A stretch of DNA of 64,000 nt from Thermoplasmata archaeon (GCA_022750115.1 JAKIWI010000002.1:109221-173220), one strand, 5' to 3'. Positions 53,574 to 63,677 are shown, numbered from the stretch's first letter. Notes: generated by a model not told the origin, from the sequence alone. Program-made: numbers and translations.

Positions 53574-54383
53574 ATGAGCACGAGCGAGGTCCGGAGGGAT
53601 GTCCACGAAACGCCGCGCCCGATTCGGCAGCGCGCGGCAGCTCGGCATCATCCCCCCCTCTGGATTCGCTCCAGCCTTCTGGGGGGATTGGCGATCTCGA
53701 TCCTGCTGCTCGCGGCGCCGTTCGCCGAGTCCGCGACTCCCCCCGCGGCCGCCACCCTCCGAGCGCCCTTCGCTGGTTTGCCCTACCTGGGCAGTACGAC
53801 CTCGACCGAGGGTTGCCAGGTTGCCACCTCCGTCCCGAACGCGCCGGCGATGAATCTCTCCTCCGGCCGCGCGACGGCTTCGGTCAAGAGTCACGCGAGC
53901 GCGTGCGCGTCGGCGACCGGTCGAGACGGCGCGGAATCGATCGCCTACTTCGGCCTCTACACCACTTCGTTCACGATGTCGAGCGGACCGCACAACATCA
54001 CGCTCCACTGGCGCGTGACGTGGACCGCGACCGTCACAGCCCGCCCACTGCCCGCGGTGGCGTTCTACCCGAGTGCGGAAACCTACCTGACCCTCGAGAA
54101 CTACCTGGATGACTCGACGAACGGAACCTTCCTCAATCCCTCCAACGGGTGGCACGCCTCCAGCGTCACGTTCAACGGTTCGTCGACATCCCATCACAGC
54201 GCTGCGGTGACAATTTTCTTCAATCAGACGCTCGTCGCCGGGCACCACTACATCGTCTACTCGTGGTTGGCCGCCTCGACGCTGATCTTCGTGCCGGATA
54301 CGGGCCGGAGCATCGCCGCCGCGAGCCTGGACGTTGCGACGCACGGAAACGGTGCGACGTTGACCTCGATCGTACTCCGCTGA
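53574..54383 (+). CDS. Secreted hypothetical protein
   Basis: Signal 'LLGGLAISILLLAAPFAES'. Rich in Ser/Thr and N-x-S/T. No recognised domain. Start at the internal ATG 53574. Confidence 0.5.
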   Translation: MSTSEVRRDVHETPRPIRQRAAARHHPPLWIRSSLLGGLAISILLLAAPFAESATPPAAATLRAPFAGLPYLGSTTSTEGCQVATSVPNAPAMNLSSGRATASVKSHASACASATGRDGAESIAYFGLYTTSFTMSSGPHNITLHWRVTWTATVTARPLPAVAFYPSAETYLTLENYLDDSTNGTFLNPSNGWHASSVTFNGSSTSHHSAAVTIFFNQTLVAGHHYIVYSWLAASTLIFVPDTGRSIAAASLDVATHGNGATLTSIVLR

Positions 54384-54505
54384 GCGTCGGTACCGTCCGG
54401 CGCTGCAGGCCGCGTGCCTCGGCCGGACCCAGGTGATCCCGGCGCGGTCGGACGCCTCAGGCACGGGACGTGGCGAGGGGCGGTACGGCCGCTCGCAGTG
54501 ACCCG

Positions 54506-57500
54506 TTACACCGCGTAGATCGTGCCGGAGCCGGCGATCGTCACGTTCGTCGTCGCGCCCGTTGGAGGCGCGAACGTGAGGTTCGAGTTCGCGAACCACC
54601 GGAGCCCGGAGATCGTTCCGCCGCCGAGCGTCAGGGTGTAGACGCCCGAGGGGAGGTTGGCCGTCTGCCCGGCGTGGAGGACCTTCGTCCCACCGATGCC
54701 CGTGAGCGTCACCGTCATGTGGAAGTTGAACGGGAAATCGATGAACGTTACGGGGTGCGTCGTCGCTCCGAACACCGCGGTCACGGTCCCGCTCCCGGTC
54801 ACGGTGAGATTGTACCAGGGAACCCATTCGCCCGCGAAGTTCTCGACGTCGGCCAGGGAGCCTGCGGTCAGGACGAACGTCGTGCCGACCTGAACGTGTC
54901 CGGAGGTCTTCCAGCCCAGGAACATTTCGCCGACGGCCGGCGATTCGCCGATCGTGTACGTCCCGGGCGAGACGACGACGGTGTTCGTTCCGTTCCACGA
55001 GTCGACGGCGTTGAACTCGATCGTTCCCCCGTTCGCTCGGGACACGACCGAGGCGGAAGTCGCGCTTCGGACGAAGTGTGGGGTGAGGGTCACGCTGCCG
55101 TTTATCTGGATCGAGGTCGTCGGCGACGTCAGGTTCGCGACCCAGGCCTGGGACGGATTCCCGACGGACCAATGCGAGAACGTGAAGCCCGAGTTCGGGA
55201 CCGATTCGAGCTGATAGGTGATGTTCCCGACCTGCGGGAGCGTCACGTTCCCCACCACCAGCCGGTCGTCGAGGGCGAAGCCCCCGCCGACTCCGCTACC
55301 GCCCGAACGGACCACGGGCGTCGAAGAGAACACGGCGGTCAGGTAGTCGTTCCCGTACTGCGCAACGAACTGGGAGGGGTTCGCGGGATTCGTCATGGTT
55401 CCGACGAACCCGGGCGCCCAACCCAGGAACTGGAAGCCGGGGGCCGCGATCGCCTGCACCGCGTAGGTGCCGGCGGCGGCGCTGAACACGGCGCCCGACG
55501 CGAACGTGAACGGCCCGAACCGCAGGGAGCCGCCCTGGGAGGGGTAGCTCGCGAGCCACAACGTGGCGAGGAGTGACGTCGACTGATAGTGCGCGGTCAG
55601 CGTTCCCCCGGTCGAGGAGACGTTGAACCACGTGTAGTTCGTCCCGGGAGCGAACACGTAGACGCCCGGGGAGGCCGACCAGCCGGTGAAGTTGTACCCC
55701 GGCCGGGGGTTCGCCTCGATGGAGTAGATTCCGGGCGCGAGCGAGAGGGTGCCGCCGGCGGGCACCTCGGTTGCGGACCTCGGGAACACCGGCGCGAGCC
55801 CGAACCCGGGCCCGGCGGGTGGGTAGAGGGCCGAAACCGGGAACTCGAAGCCGGGCACCACCGTGACGGAGCCGTGGTGACCCGTGTCCTGGAACGTCAC
55901 GGAGGTCGCGTTCGGCGGTGCGGGACCGAAGTACGCTGTGAGGGTGGCCAGGCCGTTCAGTTGGAAGCTGTTCCACGCCGAGCCGGCCGTGTCGAGAGTC
56001 AGGGCGCCCGTCGTTGCGTAGCCCTCAAAGTACTGGCCGGACGCGGGCGCGGCGTTCACGGAGTACGCCCCGCTCAGGAGGTGAGGGAAGGTGGTCGAGT
56101 GCGTCAGACCGTCGTTCAGGAAGTGGACCGTCCCCGAACCGTGGACGCCGATGGTGAGCGAATTGCCCGCGGAGGTCGGGAGGCTGAAGTTCTTGATCGG
56201 GTAGAAGTTGAGGCCCGAGGAGTCCGCCTGGAGGGTCGAGCCGAACTCGGCGTACGTCCCGAAATCCGCTGTCGTCCCGCGGTAGTCCGTCGCGCCGAAC
56301 TCGAACGCGCCGAGCGAGCCGTCGAAGCTGTACCAGGGATAGCTGCAGTACGCGCTCCCGTCCCGGCCGTCGCATGTGCCGTAGCTCAGACCGTCGATCC
56401 ACGCCGACGCCCCGAAGTCCTGCTCGAACCCGTACTGGACCGCGGTCTGCCGCGTGGCGGAGTTGAAGAACGTGGTCGGGTAGAAATGCCACGGGACCTT
56501 CGTATCCATCGCCCAATCCCTCGGGCTGTAACTGCCGCACGGGACCGCTCCGTTGAGCGCGGTCGCCGGGGGGACGCCGGTGTTGCAACCGCCAAACGTG
56601 TCGTTTTGCGGGTTGTCGGTCGTGTGCCCGGACTCGAACGCGAACGAGACCGGGAGGTCGCCGCCCGGACTCCAGGGGAGCGCGTCCTCGACGTTGTTCT
56701 CGAGATAGGCAGGGTTGAGCGGGTAGTGATGACCCCGGTTGTAGAGGGTCATGTGGGACACCACGCCGATCGTGGTGTCGACGACCGAGATCTTCTCGCC
56801 CGTGGTCGAGCCCTGCCAGCCGGTCATGTTGACGTAGAGGTGGTCGCCGGCATTCATCTGGAGCGGCGTGCCGTTCGGCTCACTCAGGGGCGCAGCGAAG
56901 CACGGGTCCTCCTGGCCGTTCGAGAGTTGGATCTGCCAGGCTACGGCGAACGCGGACCAGGTTCCGACCTGCACCGCGCCCGAACCCGCCGTGTCGGGGT
57001 ACATCTGGAGCTCGAGGAAGCACTGGCCACTGTACCCATACGGGTCGAGCAAGTCCATGCCGAACCAGATGGCGATGTAGATGTCGGACTGGTTGTGCGC
57101 TGGCCCGCCGTCCACGGGGAGCGAAACGTTCCACGAGACGTTGCCCCCGCTCCCGGGTAGGTCCGAAAACGGATTGATCGCCGGCTCGTCGTGGCCGAGG
57201 CACGAGCTTGCGTAGACGGACTGCCCGCCGAACGGCCACTTCCCGACACACGTCGGGGGGCTCGCCGATGACGAGGGTACCGGGGCTCCCGGGGGTCGAG
57301 CGTCCGAGCCCCACGCCGCGGGAAGATGAGCCGGAGTCGGACCGCTGTAGACGATGGGGGGAACGACCCCGCGCGGCAGGGAGGGGGCCTGGAAGGTCGA
57401 CGCGGACGAGGGGACGACCGAGGGGCCACGAACGGCTCCTGCGGACGCCGGCAGGATGGACCCCGTCACGCCTCCTGGGCGTGCGTCGGCCGCCACCAGC

Positions 57501-57685
57501 GTCCCGGCAATGCCCAGCAGCATCAGGCTCGCGACGGCGATGGACGCGAATTTCGGCGCAGAACTGAACATGGTACCTCTCCTCCCGCGGGCGACGCCTT
57601 CGAGTCGATGGTCGGCAGTCCCGGCCCGGAACGCGCGAACGCCTGCACGGCTCCTGGCGACATCGATCTGGACGGAGGTCGGCAT
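54506..57685 (-). CDS. Giant secreted protein: unknown N-terminal Cys-containing domain + multiple InlB-B-type ('GxxFxGW') repeats
   Basis: Signal 'FASIAVASLMLLGIAGTLVAADA'. Repeats 'PRPGYNFTGWSASPGVYVF', 'APGFQFLGWAPGF', 'NSGFTFSHWSVGN' and 'GEMFLGWKTSGHV'. No C-terminal TM. A TTAATA box is centred about 25 nt upstream of ATG 57685, and ATG 57571 is the alternative start. Confidence 0.7.
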   Translation of the reverse strand: MPTSVQIDVARSRAGVRAFRAGTADHRLEGVARGRRGTMFSSAPKFASIAVASLMLLGIAGTLVAADARPGGVTGSILPASAGAVRGPSVVPSSASTFQAPSLPRGVVPPIVYSGPTPAHLPAAWGSDARPPGAPVPSSSASPPTCVGKWPFGGQSVYASSCLGHDEPAINPFSDLPGSGGNVSWNVSLPVDGGPAHNQSDIYIAIWFGMDLLDPYGYSGQCFLELQMYPDTAGSGAVQVGTWSAFAVAWQIQLSNGQEDPCFAAPLSEPNGTPLQMNAGDHLYVNMTGWQGSTTGEKISVVDTTIGVVSHMTLYNRGHHYPLNPAYLENNVEDALPWSPGGDLPVSFAFESGHTTDNPQNDTFGGCNTGVPPATALNGAVPCGSYSPRDWAMDTKVPWHFYPTTFFNSATRQTAVQYGFEQDFGASAWIDGLSYGTCDGRDGSAYCSYPWYSFDGSLGAFEFGATDYRGTTADFGTYAEFGSTLQADSSGLNFYPIKNFSLPTSAGNSLTIGVHGSGTVHFLNDGLTHSTTFPHLLSGAYSVNAAPASGQYFEGYATTGALTLDTAGSAWNSFQLNGLATLTAYFGPAPPNATSVTFQDTGHHGSVTVVPGFEFPVSALYPPAGPGFGLAPVFPRSATEVPAGGTLSLAPGIYSIEANPRPGYNFTGWSASPGVYVFAPGTNYTWFNVSSTGGTLTAHYQSTSLLATLWLASYPSQGGSLRFGPFTFASGAVFSAAAGTYAVQAIAAPGFQFLGWAPGFVGTMTNPANPSQFVAQYGNDYLTAVFSSTPVVRSGGSGVGGGFALDDRLVVGNVTLPQVGNITYQLESVPNSGFTFSHWSVGNPSQAWVANLTSPTTSIQINGSVTLTPHFVRSATSASVVSRANGGTIEFNAVDSWNGTNTVVVSPGTYTIGESPAVGEMFLGWKTSGHVQVGTTFVLTAGSLADVENFAGEWVPWYNLTVTGSGTVTAVFGATTHPVTFIDFPFNFHMTVTLTGIGGTKVLHAGQTANLPSGVYTLTLGGGTISGLRWFANSNLTFAPPTGATTNVTIAGSGTIYAV

Positions 57686-57809
57686 GGGGGACCGGAAGCC
57701 GGCCGCCTATTAATTCCGCGGCGCGGCGTCTCCCCCGTTCCTCCCATCGACCGACGCGAGGCACAGTCCCCCAACTCCCTCCGTCGGCGGAGGAATCGGT
57801 AGCGGGGTT

Positions 57810-58493
57810 TCAACCGTCGGCTCGTTGGAACTGGACCACGGTCCAGGTCAACCCGATGAGGCCGCCGGCCGCCAGTGCCTCTGGAAATGTCGGGGTGAGC
57901 CGCCCTTCCAGCAGAAACAGGCTCGCGAGGCCCGCGACGACGACGCCGGCGAGCACGCCCGCAACGAGCGCTTGCGAGGAGCTTCGCGTGAGGAACCCCG
58001 CGGCCGAGGTGACCCCCCCGAGGAACAGAAGGAGCCCGAACAGTCCCGCGGCCAGGTGCGCCGGCACGAGGATGGCGGGCACCGCTCCCGGCAAGGAAGC
58101 GACCAGTTCGCTTGCGAGCGCGAGAACCAGGATGACCCCGACCCCGAACACCGCGAGCGACCCCCCCACCGCGATCGTGAGTCGCCCCGCGAGGGCCGCG
58201 GCCCTGGATTGCGGCAAGGCGAAGGTGAAGTAGTGGGTGCGAAGCGCGAGGTCCTCCCCGACGGCGAGCGCGGTCAGGTCCAGAAGGACGAGGGAGGCCA
58301 GCCCGGCCGTGATGAGGAGTCCCAGAACTTGGGCGGTGGCCGGAGACGGCACCCGGAGGTAGAGGTCCGCCAGCGTGCTGCCGATCGGTCCCGCGATTGC
58401 CGGGATGAGGAGCAACCAGATCCGCTGCGACCGACGGAGACGAACCAGCTCCCATCGTGCATTGTCCAGGAAGTCGCGGATGACGCCGGTCAT
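57810..58493 (-). CDS. ABC-2-type transporter permease
   Basis: Six predicted TM segments. 4-nt overlap with the upstream ATPase gene. Confidence 0.65.
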   Translation of the reverse strand: MTGVIRDFLDNARWELVRLRRSQRIWLLLIPAIAGPIGSTLADLYLRVPSPATAQVLGLLITAGLASLVLLDLTALAVGEDLALRTHYFTFALPQSRAAALAGRLTIAVGGSLAVFGVGVILVLALASELVASLPGAVPAILVPAHLAAGLFGLLLFLGGVTSAAGFLTRSSSQALVAGVLAGVVVAGLASLFLLEGRLTPTFPEALAAGGLIGLTWTVVQFQRADG

Positions 58494-59437
58494 TCCGAGT
58501 CCTCCCGTCCAACCCTCTCGAAGTACCGTCGCGCCAGGTCGGGCTCCGGAGGAGACGCCCCGACGAGCGGGAGTCCTGCCGCGAGAAGCCGCACCAGCAG
58601 CTCTCGTTGCTCGACGTCCCCTCCGGAAAATCGGACGATTGCGTCGCGTGGGGTATCTATCGTGATCGCGTAGTCCGGACCTAACGCCCCCCCGACCGAA
58701 GCGCTGGTCACGTCCGAGCTGAACCGCAACCGGAGCGCGCGGTTTGACGCCCCGCCCCCATCGAGGTCGCTCGGGCGCAGCGGCTCATCGCCGACCAGCG
58801 CGCCGTCCCGCAGGAACAGGACCCGGCCGCAGACCGCTTCGACGTCCTCGAGCAAGTGGGTCGAAAGGAGGAGGGTCAGACCGTTCCGCGCGAGTCCCCG
58901 CAGGACGACGCGAAGGTCGTGCCGGGCCGCCGGGTCGAGCCCGAGGGTCGGCTCGTCGAGGAGGAGCAGGTCGGGCTCGCCGATCAACGTCGCGGCGAGC
59001 AGGAGCCGACGAGCCAGGCCCGTCGAGAGAGTGCCGAAGGCACGGTCCGTGTGACCTTCGACCCCCATCGCCTCGGCCGCGCGCCGCGCGGCGCCGCGAC
59101 GCTCGCCCGCGGGCACCCCCTTGACCCGGGCGACGTAGTCGAGGAGGTCGCGTCCCTGAAGGTACGGCGGAACTCCCGGGGTTTCGACGAGGGCGCCCAG
59201 TTTCCGCAGGGCCGCGCCGCGATCCCCGACGGGGTCGAGCCCGTGGATCTGCACCGACCCGCGCGTGGGGCGGGAGATCCCGGCGAGCAGCTTGAGGGTC
59301 GTCGTCTTGCCGGCGCCGTTCGGCCCGAGATACCCGACGGCCTCGCCGCTCCGCAAGGTGAAGCGAACGTCGCGGAGGACCTCGCGGTTTCCGTACCGCT
59401 TCCACAGCCCATCCGCGACGACGACGTCCGAGGTCAT
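58490..59437 (-). CDS. ABC transporter ATP-binding protein
   Basis: Walker A 'GPNGAGKTTTL', signature 'LSTGLARRL', Walker B 'LLLLDEPTLGLD'. Confidence 0.9.
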   Translation of the reverse strand: MTSDVVVADGLWKRYGNREVLRDVRFTLRSGEAVGYLGPNGAGKTTTLKLLAGISRPTRGSVQIHGLDPVGDRGAALRKLGALVETPGVPPYLQGRDLLDYVARVKGVPAGERRGAARRAAEAMGVEGHTDRAFGTLSTGLARRLLLAATLIGEPDLLLLDEPTLGLDPAARHDLRVVLRGLARNGLTLLLSTHLLEDVEAVCGRVLFLRDGALVGDEPLRPSDLDGGGASNRALRLRFSSDVTSASVGGALGPDYAITIDTPRDAIVRFSGGDVEQRELLVRLLAAGLPLVGASPPEPDLARRYFERVGREDSE

Positions 59438-59656
59438 TCGCGAATCCTTGGGTCCGCGGGATAATCATCCTCGCGGTCGACGGGCGGACCGCCGCGCTGG
59501 GGGCCGAACCAGTCCGAGAGAGATCCATCGGAGAGCGGCGCTATGACCAGGTGTCCCGGGCGGAGCGGGGCCCGATTCCGTCGCTCGGTCGCGCCACAGG
59601 CTCGATTCGACGACGCGGTCGACGAATCGACCGACGATCGCGGGCAGGCGGGTGGA

Positions 59657-60154
59657 CTAGTAGAATCCCGCCCCGATCATGGCGATCGAGGTCAGGATCA
59701 GCAGCACTGCCGTTGCCATGGCCGAGAGACTGGCCTTCTTCAGCGTGCCGGGGAACGCGGCGGGCGGCTGGTGGGCTCCGGAGGCCATCATGTCCCGGAT
59801 CATCTGGACCGCCTTCATCTGGAGGGGCGCCGAGACGAACTCGGCAAGGACGAAGGCGGCCAGGGCGAGCGTGATCCCGATCGACAGGTCGACCGAGTAG
59901 AAGCTCGATCCACTCAGGATGGACGTGCCACCGAGGTTGTAGAGCAGCAGGAATCCAAAGAGGATGGTCAGTCCGGCGAACACCTGGATGAATCGGACGA
60001 CGTTGGGGACGACCTTCACGAGGAACTCGCCCGAGCTGGCGGGAGAGAGCTTGGAGAGCGCCGGAGCGACCACGAACACGAAGATGATCCCGCCTCCGAG
60101 CCAGCACATCGCCGAAACGACATGTCCGATCGCGAGAATCCAGGTGCTCCACAT
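59657..60154 (-). CDS. Small polytopic membrane protein (about 4 TM)
   Basis: 'MWSTWILAIGHVVSAMCWLGGGIIFVFVVAP...' Start at the internal ATG (complement of 60152-60154). The much longer ORF-track frame is an artefact of GC richness. Confidence 0.55.
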   Translation of the reverse strand: MWSTWILAIGHVVSAMCWLGGGIIFVFVVAPALSKLSPASSGEFLVKVVPNVVRFIQVFAGLTILFGFLLLYNLGGTSILSGSSFYSVDLSIGITLALAAFVLAEFVSAPLQMKAVQMIRDMMASGAHQPPAAFPGTLKKASLSAMATAVLLILTSIAMIGAGFY

Positions 60155-60454
60155 GGTTCGAGGCCGCCCGTGCGCTACTCTGTCGACGAGATAACGACCG
60201 CCCGCGCCGTGCGATTCGGGTCGGGATGGCGCCAAGGGCCCGTCCCGCCTTCCCCTCGTCCGTTGCGCCGCCCCCCGCTCGCCGGCGCGGCGCTCCTGAC
60301 ATGCCGACGACTCCCCTCTCGCCGTCCGTTCGCCCTCCTCGACTGCGTCCAACGAACGCCGGTCGCCAACTCTCCGACGACCGCGGCTTTCCTCGATGAA
60401 TACCGAATATATCCGGGGGCGGTTTATGAACGCCAATCCGTTCGGACCCTGCCG

Positions 60455-62989
60455 ATGACGGGTCCAACGACCTCTCCCCACGTCGGTCACGACCGAAGCC
60501 AAGCAATCCAGATCCCCCCGTCGGGCGCCCAATCTCCGCGACGATGCGGCGACCGGCCCGGCGGACTGCCCGTGGTCGGGGGTGCGATCGCCCTGGTCGG
60601 ACTTCTGCTGCTCGTCGGTGGGGCCGGACTTGTGGGTGGAGCGCGACTCGGGGCGCCCTCCTCCCACTCCGGAGCGACTTTCGTCGGGTCGGAGGCTTTG
60701 CTGAGCGAAGCCCGCGCCTCCGCGGCCCGAGGTGAGGGCCCGGGCGCCGTCGCAGTCCCGTCGGTCGCCACCCACCCCTCGGCCGGACCGAACCTCACGT
60801 TCGGGGTCGCGATGACCTACGACACGGCCGACGCCTACGTGCTCGCGGTCTCCCTGAACGCGAGCGGCGGGCCGTACAACAACACCTACGCACCCAACGA
60901 ATTGACCTGGAAGTTCTCCGGCGGGAACTGGAGCCTCCTCTCTACCACCGGACAGGTTCCCGCCACCCTCGGACCTGGCCTGGTGTACGACGGGCACGAC
61001 GGCTACGTGCTGCTGTACGGGGGCCGTCTCATGGCCACGGGCGCGTCGAACGCCCCCGTGACGAACCAGACCTGGAGCTACTCGGCCGGCACTTGGTCGA
61101 ACCTGAGCGCGAACAGCACGGCCGCTCCGACCGCGGTGGATTTCGCGAACCTCGTCTACGACGCTGCGGACGAGTACGTTCTCCTCTACGACCAGCTCGG
61201 TCTGTCGGGGAGCCCGAACGGGACGCTCTACACGACGTGGTCGTACGCCGCGGGAGTCTGGGCGAACCTGACGGGAACGGCCGGCGCCTCCCCGCCCTCG
61301 TTCTGGGGGGCGATGACGTACGACGCGCGCGACCAGTACGTGGTCTACTTCGGCGGGGTCACCCTGAGCAACAACCTCACCAACGCGACCTGGACCTTCC
61401 ACGGAGGGTTGTGGAAGAACGCGAGCCTCGTGGTCTCTAATGCGCCCGCGGCCCGGATGAACTTCGGGATCACCTACGACAGCTCCCACCAGGAGGTCCT
61501 CCTCTACGGGGGCGTCGTGCACCTCCTCGATTTCAACGTGTCCGCCTACAGCGGGGAGACATGGGGGTACGCGAACGGGACGTGGACCCTCCTCGCCTCG
61601 AACGGCACGATGTACAATCCCCAGGGAATGGTGTACGATGCGGCCGACAACGAGACCGTCCTGCTCGGCGCGAACCTCAGCTTCGCCTCCCTCGCGGTGG
61701 TCACGTGGGCCTTCTCGGGCTCGTTCTGGGCCGTCGCCGCCCCGGCCCTGGCGCCGACCGCGCGCACCACGGACACGGGTCGCGCTGTGACGCTCGAGGT
61801 GACCGAGTCGCCGAACGGAGGGAACCTCTCGTACAGCTACTCCGGACTGCCGACGGGCTGCGCTTCGCAGGACACCCCGGCCCTCGTCTGCGTGCCGACG
61901 GCCGCGGGATCGTACCCGGTGCTGGTGCGCATCGCCGGAGCCGCTGGCTTCGCCGCGACCGCGCGGACGACCCTCGATGTCAACGCCGCCCCCACGATCC
62001 AGGAGTTCACCGCGTCGTCGTCCGTCGGAGAGGTCGGGATCCCGCTCCAATTCGCCGTCGCGGCGAGCAATGGGACGGGCTCGCTGGCCTACGCGTACGC
62101 GGGGTTGCCGACCGGCTGTCTACCGCTCAACTCCGCCGACCTGGTGTGCATCCCGGCGGCTTCGGGAAACTACCTCGTTTCCGCCAGCGCGACCGATGCG
62201 CTGGGCGTCGCGGCGGTCGGAGAGATCTCGGTGACCGTCGTTCCAGCGCTCTCGGTCGTCGACTTCGCTCCCAACCATGCGGCCCTCGATGTCGGCCAGA
62301 CCCTGTCGGTCGAAACGGCGTTGGCCGGGGGTTCGGGGCCGTTCGCGTTCGACTATGTGGGATTGCCGTCGGCGTGCTCGACCGCCGACCAAACGGTCCT
62401 CACCTGTCAGCCGTCGGCGACCGGTACGTTCTCGATCGCAGTCGCGGCGCAGGATCAGCTGGGCGGGATGGCCAGCGCGCGCACGACCGTTGTCGTGAAC
62501 TCCCTCCCCACGGTCGTTTCCCTGGTGGCGTCGTCCAGCGCGGTCCGTGCGGGCGACAGTCTCCAGCTGACCGCGACGGTCGCCGGTGGGACCGGGCCGT
62601 TCGTGTACGTCTACGCGGGGCTTCCCTCCGGATGCGCCGCGAGCTCGGGCCCAGTGGTGAACTGCACGTCCGCGGCAAGCGGTCGGTTCGCGGTCGAGCT
62701 GAAGATCACCGACTCGACGGGCGCCACCGCCAGCGGCTCGACCGTCCTCACCGTCAGTCCCGACACCGGCGGCCGGAGCGTGGCTGGCGGCGGATTCGGC
62801 GGGGGTGCGTTCTGGTGGGGCCTCGCCGTCGGAGCCGTGGCCATCGCCCTCGCGGGAGTCTACGGCGGGAACCGCCTCCGACTCGCGCGGCAGGGCGAGC
62901 AGATCGTGGCGGATCTCCGGGGGTCGGCATCGCCGGACGAGTCCGCCCGCACGCCCCCCGGGGACGACACGGGCGAGCAGGAGCTCTGA
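60455..62989 (+). CDS. Surface protein: Kelch-type beta-propeller + four Cys-pair Ig-like (He_PIG-like) modules, C-terminal TM
   Basis: Blades 'YDGHDGYVLLYGG', 'YDAADEYVLLYDQ', 'YDARDQYVVYFGG', 'YDSSHQEVLLYGG' with 'TW(S/T)(Y/F)..G.W.N'. Modules 'YSYSGLPTGCASQDTPALVCVP', 'YAYAGLPTGCLPLNSADLVCIP', 'FDYVGLPSACSTADQTVLTCQP', 'YVYAGLPSGCAASSGPVVNCTS'. TM 'WWGLAVGAVAIALAGVY'. Confidence 0.8.
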   Translation: MTGPTTSPHVGHDRSQAIQIPPSGAQSPRRCGDRPGGLPVVGGAIALVGLLLLVGGAGLVGGARLGAPSSHSGATFVGSEALLSEARASAARGEGPGAVAVPSVATHPSAGPNLTFGVAMTYDTADAYVLAVSLNASGGPYNNTYAPNELTWKFSGGNWSLLSTTGQVPATLGPGLVYDGHDGYVLLYGGRLMATGASNAPVTNQTWSYSAGTWSNLSANSTAAPTAVDFANLVYDAADEYVLLYDQLGLSGSPNGTLYTTWSYAAGVWANLTGTAGASPPSFWGAMTYDARDQYVVYFGGVTLSNNLTNATWTFHGGLWKNASLVVSNAPAARMNFGITYDSSHQEVLLYGGVVHLLDFNVSAYSGETWGYANGTWTLLASNGTMYNPQGMVYDAADNETVLLGANLSFASLAVVTWAFSGSFWAVAAPALAPTARTTDTGRAVTLEVTESPNGGNLSYSYSGLPTGCASQDTPALVCVPTAAGSYPVLVRIAGAAGFAATARTTLDVNAAPTIQEFTASSSVGEVGIPLQFAVAASNGTGSLAYAYAGLPTGCLPLNSADLVCIPAASGNYLVSASATDALGVAAVGEISVTVVPALSVVDFAPNHAALDVGQTLSVETALAGGSGPFAFDYVGLPSACSTADQTVLTCQPSATGTFSIAVAAQDQLGGMASARTTVVVNSLPTVVSLVASSSAVRAGDSLQLTATVAGGTGPFVYVYAGLPSGCAASSGPVVNCTSAASGRFAVELKITDSTGATASGSTVLTVSPDTGGRSVAGGGFGGGAFWWGLAVGAVAIALAGVYGGNRLRLARQGEQIVADLRGSASPDESARTPPGDDTGEQEL

Positions 62990-63080
62990 CAGAACCGCTC
63001 GTCGCGCCCCGCCCCCCGGGTCGGGTCCCACTCGGGGACCGGCCCCCGGCGGCGCGCCCCCCGGCGAGGGATCCGGCGCT

Positions 63081-63677
63081 GTGAACCCTTTCGACTTTGC
63101 GGCGGGCCTTCTGGCCGGGGTCGGCATCGCCGCCGGACTGTACCTCCTGCTCTGGTGGATGGCCACCCGACGACGATCGGTGGGTGGCCGCACCGTCGAA
63201 GCACGGACGTTAGCGGACAACATCGCCCCGGTCGAGGGTGCGACTCTGCCAACCGAGATGGCCGCCGACGCGCCCGTCCCGACATCCGTGATTCCGAACT
63301 CGACCCCCGAATCCGAGTCCGTCCCTCCCCAGCCCGACGCGCCCACTCCCCCCCGAACCGGAAGCGCTCCGACGCCGAAGGGGACGCTCCGCCTGTCCCA
63401 GCGAGTGATCCTGCACGTGTATTCGCAGGGAAGGTGGCCCCCCGGCGAGGTGGCGCCCGCCGGGCTGTGTCAGGCCGGGATGGTCGAGGCGCTCGGGATT
63501 CCCCAGGCCGGCCTGGCCGCCGTCCTGCGACGACTCGAGGCAGCAGGAATCCTGGAGGGGGAACGAGCCCATGTTCGTGGCCGTGATCGTCGGCTGAAGG
63601 TCTATCGCCTCTCGACCCGCGGCCTCGATCTCGCGCAGGAGCTCCGTCGCCGACCCCGGAGCAAAGGCGGACCGTGA
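63081..63677 (+). CDS. Membrane-tethered winged-helix (MarR-like) DNA-binding protein
   Basis: N-terminal TM 'FAAGLLAGVGIAAGLYLLLWW', a Pro-rich linker, then 'QAGMVEALGIPQAGLAAVLRRLEAAGILEGERAHVRGRDRRLKVYRLSTRG'. GTG start at 63081. Confidence 0.6.
   Translation: MNPFDFAAGLLAGVGIAAGLYLLLWWMATRRRSVGGRTVEARTLADNIAPVEGATLPTEMAADAPVPTSVIPNSTPESESVPPQPDAPTPPRTGSAPTPKGTLRLSQRVILHVYSQGRWPPGEVAPAGLCQAGMVEALGIPQAGLAAVLRRLEAAGILEGERAHVRGRDRRLKVYRLSTRGLDLAQELRRRPRSKGGP

Noticed and set aside
53560-53580. 'GGTTCGAAT' T-loop-like string (a similar one lies at about 27398) that might indicate a tRNA.
   Set aside because: The flanking 5-nt arms are not complementary, and no acceptor or anticodon stems could be drawn. 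The first overlaps the start of a CDS.
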